A stretch of DNA of 34,602 nucleotides from an uncultured Lentisphaeraceae bacterium (GTDB taxonomy: Bacteria; Verrucomicrobiota; Kiritimatiellia; RFP12; UBA1067). The stretch lies in the NCBI GenBank assembly GCA_964612775.1, contig CAZTDL010000001.1, positions 1 through 34,602 of the forward strand, in the 5' to 3' direction. Position numbers and translations under genes: made by a program. Positions within the stretch are counted from its first letter, which is position 1. Every line of letters begins with the position of its first letter. The notes beneath the pieces are model-generated. The model worked only from the letters and a program-made list of their open reading frames with translations. It searched no databases and was not told the DNA's origin. Shown here piece by piece: positions 1-8,763 of this stretch.

Positions 1-2424
1 ACACGCGTCAATTACGCCGTCGAAGATGTTCCTCTCATCAACAAGATATCGGTTTTCAACATCTTTGATGATCCGCCAGAGGGTCATGATGCGAGCTATT
101 ATCAAATCGATCCGAGCCTCAGCAACCATTACGCCGTCGCGGTTGAACTCTGGTACCCCTTTGTCCCGAGACAGCCGCATGACAACCCCGCATGTTACGT
201 CGGCATCTACACCAATTCGTCGGATATCGTCACCACCACAAACAGGCCTTGGACGCAGGATTTGGTGAGAGATTGGCTACGTTGGAACTATGACGAAACC
301 AGCAACACCGTCATGCAAACGCTTTTCTACGCGTGGGGCAGTCGTTACGTCAACACGGTAGGCCCGTCCATCTGGGCGCATCCGCTCTGGCTGACGGTCA
401 CGACAGACAGCGATCTGTGGTTCACGACGTCGATGACGAACCACGTTTACTGGCCAGAGGCTGAAACCAACGGCACATACGACATCACAGCGAGCCCCAT
501 TTGGCAAGCCTTCTATCCCGACACATATGAGGAGGTCGAAACCAACCTGTATGCGGACGTTTCCAGTCAAAACGGGACGACGACAACAAATTTCTACGAA
601 GTGGTCAGCACCAATGTCTACACGACGCTCGTCGAAACCAACACGGTCTTAGACTGGGTCGAGCCGCCCGGCACCGCCACCAACCGCCTGATCAACGCCT
701 TTGAGGGGCAGACGGTATCCGACTACCCGTGGATACTCTGGCACAACACGGGCGATGACATCTACTCAACGAACCGGATGACCGGTTTCGAATTTTCCGA
801 CGCCACCGAATCGCATCTGTCCGAATCGAATCTTCTCACCGCCTTCTATTTCATGAACGACGCCTTGTGGGTCGTTGTGACGAACACTACGGATGGCACC
901 GTCTTGGAAAAAGAGGTCAGCACCCTTTACCTGTTGGACAACACAACCAACGCGTTTGACGTATCCGCCGACAACTTTGTTTTCTATGAGGAAATCAACC
1001 GCGTTCAGCCCCTGCCGATGCCCGACAACTTAGGAGTCATTCTTGACGGTCTCATAAATTCACTGCCGACAAATACGGTGGATCACCTCTATCAGTATCT
1101 GATGATGACACCGAACGACATGGACTCTTCGGAGTGGAATGATCTCTTGGGAACCATCTCAAGAATACCAGGCATATTTGACAGTCTATTCCCTTCGCTA
1201 GGCGAGCCGTCGCTCGGCAACATGGGAGAGGACGACCGATTTGAACTTGAATTGAACCGACTGGAAACCGATAACGGTGACATCGAATTTACCGAACACA
1301 CCGAGGAGCCGTCGGAATACTCGGGATATTTCTGGACCGTTTACCCCAAACAAACCGTAAACTTCATGTCCATGACGCCGATTACCCAAGGCACCGAAAC
1401 CCTCTATGTCACCAACTATCACGCGCTGGGAGCCAGCAGTCCTTACAAACCCAACACGATCTGGATACGCCCCGTCACGACCTTGCGCGCCAATCAGACA
1501 TCCACGGAAACGGAGACAGCCACCGCACAGGATGTCATCGTCGATGAAGCGCTGCTGAGTTCTTCCGGCAGCAACATTCCCGTTCATGGATGGACAGCCG
1601 TCACCAACATGTACTGCCTTGACCCGCGCCAAAACGCTTACATCGGCACTTGGCGCTCTTTCCCGGATGGATATACATGGCAAGAGCCGTACATACGATC
1701 GACAAACCTAACGGCCGTTAGTGAACTGCCCTTCATTCACAACAACAGGCCTTTCTCGTCCATCGGAGAAATCGGCGATATTTACGGCTCCTATAGCCGA
1801 CATGCAAGTCTCGACACGACAGCCTATCCTGCAGGAACGCGGTTTTACGACACCATCACCTTCTCGACCCGCTCCGGCGCGGCGTTGCTCGACGTGTTCA
1901 CCATCCACCCCACGAATGCGCCCATGCACGGGCTCGTGCAGGCCAACACGCAGCAGCGCCCGGTGGTCAAGGCCCTGCTGTCCGACGTGGCCGTCGGCTG
2001 GACCAACAGTGTCGACACTGAAGGGCAGAGGTTGCTGCGCGATCTGGACCCCGAGATTGAAAACTGGGCCGACGTCTACACCGACGCGCTCACCAACGCG
2101 CCCTACAGTATGGGCTGGCGCTCATTCGCCGACATGCTGCCGAACCTTTCCACCAACAGGATGTTGCGGACCGAGAACGTCTGGGGCGGAAACGAGTTGC
2201 ATCCGATGCATGACTACACGGAGGATGCGTTGAGGGGCCTCGTCGACAAGGTCTCGTTCCGGCAGAACATCTTTGTGATTATCGTGGCCGCTCAAACGCT
2301 TTCGCCCGCCTCGACGCCGACACATGACATCGTGCTCGCCGATCAGCGGGCCGCCGTCACCGTCATCCGCGACGCCTATACCGGCCGGTGGACAATCCAC
2401 TCGTGGACTTGGCTGACGGAATGA
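1..2424 (+). CDS. 5'-truncated large N/T-rich extracellular protein of unknown function; the C-terminal part resembles minor-pseudopilin (GspK-like) proteins
   Basis: Frame 1 is open from base 1 (TRVNYAVEDVPLINK...) to the TGA at 2422-2424. The track ORF 262..2424 is therefore only the part after the first Met. There is no catalytic motif. The sequence is Asn/Thr/Asp-rich with a recurring ETN motif. C-terminal segments NRPFSSIGEIGDIY, MHGLVQANTQQRPVVKALL and QNIFVIIVAAQTL...RAAVTVIRDAYTGRW recall GspK-like pseudopilin signatures (from memory). Confidence 0.55.
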   Translation, partial: TRVNYAVEDVPLINKISVFNIFDDPPEGHDASYYQIDPSLSNHYAVAVELWYPFVPRQPHDNPACYVGIYTNSSDIVTTTNRPWTQDLVRDWLRWNYDETSNTVMQTLFYAWGSRYVNTVGPSIWAHPLWLTVTTDSDLWFTTSMTNHVYWPEAETNGTYDITASPIWQAFYPDTYEEVETNLYADVSSQNGTTTTNFYEVVSTNVYTTLVETNTVLDWVEPPGTATNRLINAFEGQTVSDYPWILWHNTGDDIYSTNRMTGFEFSDATESHLSESNLLTAFYFMNDALWVVVTNTTDGTVLEKEVSTLYLLDNTTNAFDVSADNFVFYEEINRVQPLPMPDNLGVILDGLINSLPTNTVDHLYQYLMMTPNDMDSSEWNDLLGTISRIPGIFDSLFPSLGEPSLGNMGEDDRFELELNRLETDNGDIEFTEHTEEPSEYSGYFWTVYPKQTVNFMSMTPITQGTETLYVTNYHALGASSPYKPNTIWIRPVTTLRANQTSTETETATAQDVIVDEALLSSSGSNIPVHGWTAVTNMYCLDPRQNAYIGTWRSFPDGYTWQEPYIRSTNLTAVSELPFIHNNRPFSSIGEIGDIYGSYSRHASLDTTAYPAGTRFYDTITFSTRSGAALLDVFTIHPTNAPMHGLVQANTQQRPVVKALLSDVAVGWTNSVDTEGQRLLRDLDPEIENWADVYTDALTNAPYSMGWRSFADMLPNLSTNRMLRTENVWGGNELHPMHDYTEDALRGLVDKVSFRQNIFVIIVAAQTLSPASTPTHDIVLADQRAAVTVIRDAYTGRWTIHSWTWLTE

Positions 2425-2499
2425 AGGACGCCGTTCTTTCGCGCCATTCCGTTACCTTTTTCATGAAACTCGCGACACGATTATGAGTCGCCCTTTGGG

Positions 2500-3984
2500 C
2501 TAATATTTCAGCAGCAGATCGAGCATGGCGCGGTCGAGCTTGTGCCCGTGATAATCCTCGTATCGCACTTCCTTACGTCCGCTGTCCAATACGCCGAACG
2601 GTCCGCGAAAATTCCACATCGCCCATCCCAGGCCATTCTCTTTCCAAAGGCGCAGGTTGTCTTCCATCCACACCAACACAATCTGATGCGGCGTACGGTT
2701 GAAGGCCCCGAATTCACCGACCATGGCGAAGATGCCCGCATCGAAAGCCGGACGCCACGCATCAATCACGGTTTTTTGCAGGTACCCTCTGCCGTCCTCC
2801 GCCCCGCCCCCCGCAATCGGCCGGAATCCGGGCTGCGAGTCAAAGCCAACGAAGCCAAACACGCCGTTGGTCTTTCCCCACGTCTGATCAAACCCCATGG
2901 CCGCCGTTCCGTCTTTGCCCTTCAATGAGAGCTTGGAAAGCTGCGCCCAGTCTCCGGAAGGAAGGCGGATCGCAAGCCGCCGCGCGCCCTGCGGGAGGTC
3001 CACTGTCAGTTCCGACAAACAGCGCCCCTGCGAAATCTTCCATTCGCGCTTGTAGACAACATTGGTCCAGCCCTCCCCGCACCCCGGCTCCAGCGAACGC
3101 TCCAGAACCGCCACGCCATCGGCTTCCACGCGAAAAAGGACCTTGCCAGACACCACGCCCGGATTCAAAACGAGCGTTCCGGCCGGCACATTCTCAATCA
3201 CCAGCGGAATGTCGAGCGGCGCCTTTCCGGGACCGTAAAGCGGACTCACGGCCTGCGGCGGTGGCCAGACGGGATCATCCGAAGGCGTCCCGACCCAGCT
3301 TGCCATATAGTGCGAGATCGACATGGGGGCATAGCCACGCATAGCCTGTCCTATGCCCAGCTTGAAGAGCGATTGCGCCGGCCTGCCGCCCCACCGTATT
3401 CCGTCCGCCACGATGAAGCGCGACGGATCTTCCGCACGAATGGCGGCAACCAATGCTGTCGCGACCTTTTCATAAGCCTCTTCCGACACGTCCCCCGGTT
3501 CATTGAAAAGATTGAAGCTCAGTTCGCGAGATGGAATGCCCTTGTAGCGCCGGGCAAAAAAAGCCCAGTGCCTGCAACACACGCGCAACGCTTCCTCATC
3601 GGCAAAAAGAATCCGCGCCTCAGACGGCTTGGCCACCGTATAACCGGGCGCGCGATGGAAACAAAGCTGAACATGCAGGTTATACTTCTTGCCGTACGCA
3701 ACCGCCTGATCCACGGGAACCAACTGGGCCTCGTCGATCCGTTCCCAGTTCTTGTCCTTGATCCAGAACCGGTAATCCATGGGTATCCGAACAAAATTAA
3801 AACCAAGACCGCTGATGAGCTGAAAATCTTCTTCCTCGAACTGCGCCTTTTGGCCATGATTCTGAAACATGCCGAGCAGATTAAAGCCGCGCCATTTCAC
3901 ATCAGGCCGTTGATCCGCCGCAACGGTCCAGCCGGCGCCCGCCAACACAAACGCACACAGTATCGCCACCACACGTCTTCTCAC
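2500..3984 (-). CDS. Secreted glycoside hydrolase family 5 (cellulase/mannanase-type)
   Basis: GTG start at 3984 behind AAGGGAGGGGGGG. Signal peptide MRRRVVAILCAFVLAGAGWTVAA. GH5 hallmarks: GFNFVRIP, the acid/base motif FNLFNEP, and the nucleophile motif MVGEFG. Stop codon is TAG. Confidence 0.85.
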   Translation of the reverse strand: MRRRVVAILCAFVLAGAGWTVAADQRPDVKWRGFNLLGMFQNHGQKAQFEEEDFQLISGLGFNFVRIPMDYRFWIKDKNWERIDEAQLVPVDQAVAYGKKYNLHVQLCFHRAPGYTVAKPSEARILFADEEALRVCCRHWAFFARRYKGIPSRELSFNLFNEPGDVSEEAYEKVATALVAAIRAEDPSRFIVADGIRWGGRPAQSLFKLGIGQAMRGYAPMSISHYMASWVGTPSDDPVWPPPQAVSPLYGPGKAPLDIPLVIENVPAGTLVLNPGVVSGKVLFRVEADGVAVLERSLEPGCGEGWTNVVYKREWKISQGRCLSELTVDLPQGARRLAIRLPSGDWAQLSKLSLKGKDGTAAMGFDQTWGKTNGVFGFVGFDSQPGFRPIAGGGAEDGRGYLQKTVIDAWRPAFDAGIFAMVGEFGAFNRTPHQIVLVWMEDNLRLWKENGLGWAMWNFRGPFGVLDSGRKEVRYEDYHGHKLDRAMLDLLLKY

Positions 3985-4021
3985 GCCTTTGCCCCCCCTC
4001 CCTTGTCACCGAATATTTTGG

Positions 4022-5335
4022 TCATTCAGGCACAATCGCGCCACTCTGTTTGAGTAACGCACGGATCTCTGCCGCAGGGATCAGCCCCGGCGACACGTCC
4101 CGCTTCGCGGCCAACGCCGCCGCAGCACCCGCCGCTTGGCCAGTCGCCATACATGTCGCCTGCACGCGTAAGGCCGCGTTCGCCAAGCGGTCGCTGCTCA
4201 AACAGCGTCCCGCCACCAGCAGATTTCGGCTCCCTTTTGGAATCAGCGCGCGCAACGGGACCGTCGCCACAACGCCCTCCCGAAGGTGAGCGGGCTGAAC
4301 CCCCGTGTTCTTATCATGCAGGTCCACCGGATAAAACGCATAGCACACCGAATCGTCCCAACGCCGTCCAGAAGTGTAGTCTTCTTGAGTGATCAGATAC
4401 TCGCCCAAAACACGGTACGTCTCGCGGACGCCCACTTCAGGGGCCATGCCAACGAGTTTCACTTTTTCAAGCCCGGGCACAGTCTTCAGAAACCGATACA
4501 TGCGCAACATTGACGCTCGCCCGCGCAGGTTCGTTTCCGTACGCGCATCGGCGGTCGAGTTATCGGCACCATCCACGTAATTCCCCACATCGCCGCCGAT
4601 CCGCAAAAAATGCATCACGCCGTATCGGCAGTCGCTTTTCTGCACGGCCCCCGCTTTGACCGCTTCATTGAAACGCGTTTGCAACGCGTTTGCGTCCAGT
4701 TTGCTCAGGTCGGTTTCGGGCTTAAGCTGATAGGCAAAAGATCCGGGCTGACGCGTTTCTTCCTGAAGCCTTTCCAACCCGAGCAACCCGGCCACCGCAC
4801 CGTTCCCCGAGCAATCCACGATCTGTTTACAGAGCAGCGTCCTCGTATCACCCGCCGCAACCGTAACCACACGCCACCCCATCGGCAACTTCTCTATCCG
4901 CATCGGCGCCGCGTGATATTGGATCGTGACGCCGGCCTTACGCAACGTCTCCTCCGAAAAGGCCACAAACAAAGGGATGTTGACGATGACCTGATGTTTC
5001 CAGTGAGACTTGCCGGTCGGCCGCGTAAAATCCGGCAACACGCCGCCATCCAAAGCCACCACATTCGTCACTATATCCCAGCCGACACCCGCGATCACCT
5101 GTCGGCCCCACGCGTGAAACAGCCCGGGAAAGTTCACGCCGCCCGTTGTGGTGTTCCCTCCCACCTGGTGCGCGGCCTCAACCAGCACGGTCTTTGCGCC
5201 GGCCCGACCGCTTTGGACCGCAGCGCAAATGCCCGCTGAACCGCCGCCCACAACCACCACGTCACACGTCACGTGAGGCAACTCAACCGCAGAAACGGAA
5301 ACAACCGAAGCCAGTATCAGCAAAAACGTTCGCAT
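4022..5335 (-). CDS. FAD-dependent oxidoreductase (PF12831 FAD_oxidored type) with a hydrophobic N-terminal leader
   Basis: N-terminal dinucleotide fold CDVVVVGGGSAGICAAVQSGRAGAKTVLVE. C-terminal GRCLS...RVQATCMATGQAAG is typical of this family. SD GGGAGA lies upstream of the ATG at 5335. The gap to the downstream GH5 gene is 37 nt. Confidence 0.8.
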   Translation of the reverse strand: MRTFLLILASVVSVSAVELPHVTCDVVVVGGGSAGICAAVQSGRAGAKTVLVEAAHQVGGNTTTGGVNFPGLFHAWGRQVIAGVGWDIVTNVVALDGGVLPDFTRPTGKSHWKHQVIVNIPLFVAFSEETLRKAGVTIQYHAAPMRIEKLPMGWRVVTVAAGDTRTLLCKQIVDCSGNGAVAGLLGLERLQEETRQPGSFAYQLKPETDLSKLDANALQTRFNEAVKAGAVQKSDCRYGVMHFLRIGGDVGNYVDGADNSTADARTETNLRGRASMLRMYRFLKTVPGLEKVKLVGMAPEVGVRETYRVLGEYLITQEDYTSGRRWDDSVCYAFYPVDLHDKNTGVQPAHLREGVVATVPLRALIPKGSRNLLVAGRCLSSDRLANAALRVQATCMATGQAAGAAAALAAKRDVSPGLIPAAEIRALLKQSGAIVPE

Positions 5336-5382
5336 CGTTCTCCCAATCCAAAAAATCCAGCGATCTTAAAACGCCATTCCCC

Positions 5383-5958
5383 TTAAACTTCTTTTTCGGA
5401 CAACACATCGACAGGCTTGCCGCAATGAGGACAGGTCCCCTTCGTGTTCCAGGGAAACATTTTGCCGCATGACTTGCAGGTCCAGCGTATCTTCTGTTCC
5501 GCGACCACCGACGCCATGCCGTTCACCTTGATTTTCGCGCAGGTACGCCGAGCAACTTGGCGATAAAGAGGTTTCTCATGATGCTTCAACAGCTTCTCAC
5601 ACGTTTCGAAGCTTTCGCACAAACCGCAGTTCGCGACTTTCTTTTCCTTCGCGCAATTGAAGACCGCGCATTTCGACGTCATGCTCGGATGCGTGCACCC
5701 CTTGCATTTTTTGCCGTCTTTGTTGCCCTTTAAATGCAGTTCGCACGATGCGCAATAAATCCCGCAATAGGCAACGTCAAAGTTTTTCGCATCGTTCACC
5801 GCACGAGACATCTTTCCCGGCTCACCTTGCGTCCCGACCTCTTTGAGGCTCTTCGTATTACGGGCGGAAGGAGCCGCCGCGTACGCCATACCCGCGCATC
5901 CCGCGCACACGCAACACGCCACAAACGACCGCCGCCCCGCTCCGTTTTCCGCACGCAT
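5383..5958 (-). CDS. Cysteine-rich DUF3795-type protein with a C-terminal zinc ribbon and a TAT-like N-terminal signal
   Basis: AYCGIYCASCELH matches the DUF3795 CGxxCxxC signature. Further Cys clusters: CKGC, CAVFNC, CGLC, and the ribbon CKSCG...CPHCG. The ATG at 5958 has a near-perfect SD (AAGGAGG, 5-nt spacer). The N-terminus GRRSFVACCVCAGCAGMAYAAAPS looks like a twin-arginine signal. Confidence 0.7.
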   Translation of the reverse strand: MRAENGAGRRSFVACCVCAGCAGMAYAAAPSARNTKSLKEVGTQGEPGKMSRAVNDAKNFDVAYCGIYCASCELHLKGNKDGKKCKGCTHPSMTSKCAVFNCAKEKKVANCGLCESFETCEKLLKHHEKPLYRQVARRTCAKIKVNGMASVVAEQKIRWTCKSCGKMFPWNTKGTCPHCGKPVDVLSEKEV

Positions 5959-6047
5959 AAAAGCCTCCTTCGTTTTAAATGATGAAAATAGCCCTTTTAC
6001 TCTTCCGTCACAAGGATAGTTTTATCTAAAAAAAACACTTCCTACCC

Positions 6048-6076
6048 TTGCCACGGCCCTCCAGATGCTATATTAT
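6048..6076 (+). promoter_or_regulatory. Candidate sigma70-type promoter for hisG
   Basis: TTGCCA (6048-6053), 17-nt spacer, TATTAT (6071-6076), about 48 nt upstream of the hisG ATG. Motif match only. Confidence 0.35.
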
Positions 6077-6123
6077 AAATGATCATTTTCGAACGACTCT
6101 GAACTGAAACAAGGTAGAAGACT

Positions 6124-6993
6124 ATGCCCGTGATTCTGGGGTTACCCAAAGGAAGTTTACAGGAAGCCACCTTCAACATGATGAAGAAGGCCGGTTTCAA
6201 CGTGCAGGCAGGCTCACGTTCATACGTGCCCAGTGTGGATGATCCTGAACTGCAATGCCGTCTTATCCGTCCCCAAGAGATTTCGCGCTATGTTGAACTC
6301 GGGCTTCTGGATGCGGGCATCACCGGTTACGATTGGATTTACGAAAACAATTCCGACGTTCAGGAAGTTGCCGAGATGTGCTACTCCAAGGCCACCTCTC
6401 GCCCCGTGCGTTGGGTGTTGGCTGTGCCGAACGACTCCACGATACAGAGTGTAAAAGACTTGCAAGGCAAGCGTATCGCCACAGAAGCGGTTGGATTGAC
6501 TCGCCGCTATCTCGCCCAACACAATGTTGAAGCCGAAGTCGAATTCTCGTGGGGCGCAACGGAAGTCAAAGCGCCTGAGCTGGTTGACGCCATTGTCGAG
6601 CTTACAGAGACCGGCTCATCGCTGCGCGCAAACAATCTGCGGATTGTGGAGACGATCCTGACGTCCACCACCCGCCTGATTTCCAATAAGAAGTCGTGGC
6701 AGGATCCGGCCAAGCGCGCAAAGCTTGAGCAGTTCGCCATGCTGCTTCTGGGTGCGCTGGCGGCCGAGTCGCGCGTGCTGTTGAAACTCAACGTCCCGGC
6801 CAATCAGCTGGATACCGTTTCAAAGATTCTTCCGTCATTGCATGCTCCGACCATCAACAAGCTGAATGATGACGGGTGGTTTGCAGTTGAGTCTGTTGTC
6901 GATGAGAAAGTCGTGCGCGACATCGTACCGCCTCTGCGTTCAGCGGGGGCAACGGGAATCATCGAATTGCCATTGAACAAAGTAATCTTTTGA
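6124..6993 (+). CDS. hisG: ATP phosphoribosyltransferase, long form with C-terminal regulatory domain
   Basis: LGLPKGSL N-terminus, the PRPP-binding loop ELTETGSSLRANNL, and a C-terminal HisG_C-like domain (LLKLNVP...GATGIIELPLNKV). Length of 289 aa fits the long form. Confidence 0.9.
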   Translation: MPVILGLPKGSLQEATFNMMKKAGFNVQAGSRSYVPSVDDPELQCRLIRPQEISRYVELGLLDAGITGYDWIYENNSDVQEVAEMCYSKATSRPVRWVLAVPNDSTIQSVKDLQGKRIATEAVGLTRRYLAQHNVEAEVEFSWGATEVKAPELVDAIVELTETGSSLRANNLRIVETILTSTTRLISNKKSWQDPAKRAKLEQFAMLLLGALAAESRVLLKLNVPANQLDTVSKILPSLHAPTINKLNDDGWFAVESVVDEKVVRDIVPPLRSAGATGIIELPLNKVIF

Positions 6994-7052
6994 ACAAAAC
7001 AAAAGCATGACTGTCCAAGTCGGACGGACATGCCACTTCCAGGAGAACGAAC

Positions 7053-7142
7053 GTGGGTTCCATCAAGAAAAAACGCCGTGCGAAAATGTCTAAGCATAAA
7101 TACCGTAAACGCCTGAAGGCCCAACGCCACAAGAACAAGTAA
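7053..7142 (+). CDS. Small basic protein resembling ribosomal protein bS22 / AURKAIP1-COX24 (mS38) family
   Basis: Not in the ORF track. GTG at 7053 lies 7 nt after AGGAG (7041-7045); TAA at 7140-7142. It encodes MGSIKKKRRAKMSKHKYRKRLKAQRHKNK (29 aa, 15 of them K/R). This closely matches the MGSVIKKRRKRM..KKKHRKLL..R..QRR pattern of actinobacterial bS22 (from memory). Confidence 0.7.
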   Translation: MGSIKKKRRAKMSKHKYRKRLKAQRHKNK

Positions 7143-7270
7143 GGCTCGCACGGGCTTTGCGACTGTCCCTCAAGCGAAGCTGGTTAAACGCTTCAGGGAT
7201 AGTTCCTTTATGGAACTCGGCCTTGTTTCCTTTGAATAAGGCTGACATTTTCACCAGCAGGAGAGACAAA

Positions 7271-8752
7271 ATGAAACCGATCAGGTCTGAAGCTCAGCTC
7301 CGGACAATCGGTATTAATTTCATTTTGTCTCTTTTATTTTTTTGCGTCCTGCTTTCAGGGTGCGTGTTTCCAAAACGCGCGGAACGCTCTCCGTCCTTTA
7401 CACTCTCCACGGACGAGGCGCGTCACGCCGGGGCGCTTGCCCTATACTCCAAGGGGCTCCTCTATGAAAGCGGAGAGGGCGGCGATACAAACACCTCCAA
7501 GGCCTCAGCGCGTGAGGCCTTCCGTCAGGCAGTCCAGCTCGACCCCGACAACAGCCGTCCACTTGCGGCGCTCATCAGCAATCTTGCGGACAGCGGCCGC
7601 TTTACGGAAGCCCAAGCCGCTCTGGAAGCCTACCTGATCCGTCATCCCGATGATATCGAGTCGCGTTTTGAGGCGGCCCGAATGGCCGACGCCGCCTCAC
7701 GACCTGCGGATGCCGCCCGCCACTGCGCCCTCATTCTCGAAAAACAGCCCGAAAACCGCGAACTGGCCCAAGCGCTTGTCAGACTCTATTTCCAATCCGA
7801 CCAAGTCACGCACGCGCTCGAAATCCTTCGCAGCCAAAACGAGCGCTACCACGACAGGACGAGCATGTCGCTTCCGATCCAATGGGCGATCCATTTCACG
7901 CAAGAAGGCAAATATCCTAAACGGGCACTCGCCTGTATTGATCTCGCGGCACTTCAGCACACGAACGCCGCCGAACGGGCCGCGCTCGACACGCTGGCGG
8001 CAGAAAACCAACTCCAACTCGGCCAGACGAACGCTGCCATCGCGACTCTTGATCGCGCCTACAAAGCCAATCCCTCCAGCGAAACGCCGATCTTGCGTCT
8101 CGGATCGCTTTGGGCCACGACGCCCAACGCAACCAACCGTCTTGCCCGTCAGGCGCAAAAGGAGCGCAACCCCTTCATCACGCTGAAAATCCTTGCGGCC
8201 ACGCAGCAAGCGCTTAACGATGACGCGGCCGCCGCCGCGACGCTGAAAGACGTCTACGCGCGCCGCATGCGGGCTGGGTATTTTCCCTCAGAGGGTTTCT
8301 ATCTCTGGTTAGGGTCTCTGCTCGAAGCCACCCAATCTTATGACGATGCCGAGCGTCTTTTCCTTGATGCGCAAGCCGCGCATCCCTCTTCACATGAGAT
8401 AAAAAACTATCTTGCCTATATGTGGGCTGAAAAAGGCGTACGGCTCAACGAGGCTGACCGACTCATCACAGACGCACTCCACGACGACCCCGAAAACGCA
8501 GCCTATCTGGATACAAAAGGATGGGTCCTCTTCAAGAAAGCCCGCTTTTACGACGCGCTCCAGTTCCTCCTGAAGGCCGCCGAACTCGACAAGGAAGAAC
8601 CCGTGATTCTGGACCACACCGGCGACGCGCTGAAAGCGGTCGACCGCGCGAACGAAGCGGCCGTCTTCTGGACCCGCAGCTACCAAGTCGATCCGGCGCC
8701 CGCCGTCGCCGAGAAACTCCGTCAACACGGCGTCACGCCTCCTCCGCAGTAA
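7271..8752 (+). CDS. Tetratricopeptide-repeat lipoprotein
   Basis: ATG at 7271 behind AGGAGAG. Lipoprotein signal with lipobox LLSGC. The rest is Ala/Leu-rich TPR-like helical repeats (e.g. AAYLDTKGWVLFKKARFYDALQFLLKAAEL). The track start at 7157 has no RBS and precedes the signal peptide. Confidence 0.75.
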   Translation: MKPIRSEAQLRTIGINFILSLLFFCVLLSGCVFPKRAERSPSFTLSTDEARHAGALALYSKGLLYESGEGGDTNTSKASAREAFRQAVQLDPDNSRPLAALISNLADSGRFTEAQAALEAYLIRHPDDIESRFEAARMADAASRPADAARHCALILEKQPENRELAQALVRLYFQSDQVTHALEILRSQNERYHDRTSMSLPIQWAIHFTQEGKYPKRALACIDLAALQHTNAAERAALDTLAAENQLQLGQTNAAIATLDRAYKANPSSETPILRLGSLWATTPNATNRLARQAQKERNPFITLKILAATQQALNDDAAAAATLKDVYARRMRAGYFPSEGFYLWLGSLLEATQSYDDAERLFLDAQAAHPSSHEIKNYLAYMWAEKGVRLNEADRLITDALHDDPENAAYLDTKGWVLFKKARFYDALQFLLKAAELDKEEPVILDHTGDALKAVDRANEAAVFWTRSYQVDPAPAVAEKLRQHGVTPPPQ

Positions 8753-8763
8753 ATGTTTACGCC

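Noticed and set aside
7157-8763. Upstream starts given by the track for the TPR gene (7157), prlC (8521), the OMF (25711), the HydG-like gene (14709), tetR (30641) and the AcrA-like gene (31364, TTG)
   Set aside because: In each case a downstream ATG has a better RBS, begins exactly at the signal peptide or conserved N-terminus, and removes an overlap with the neighbouring gene.
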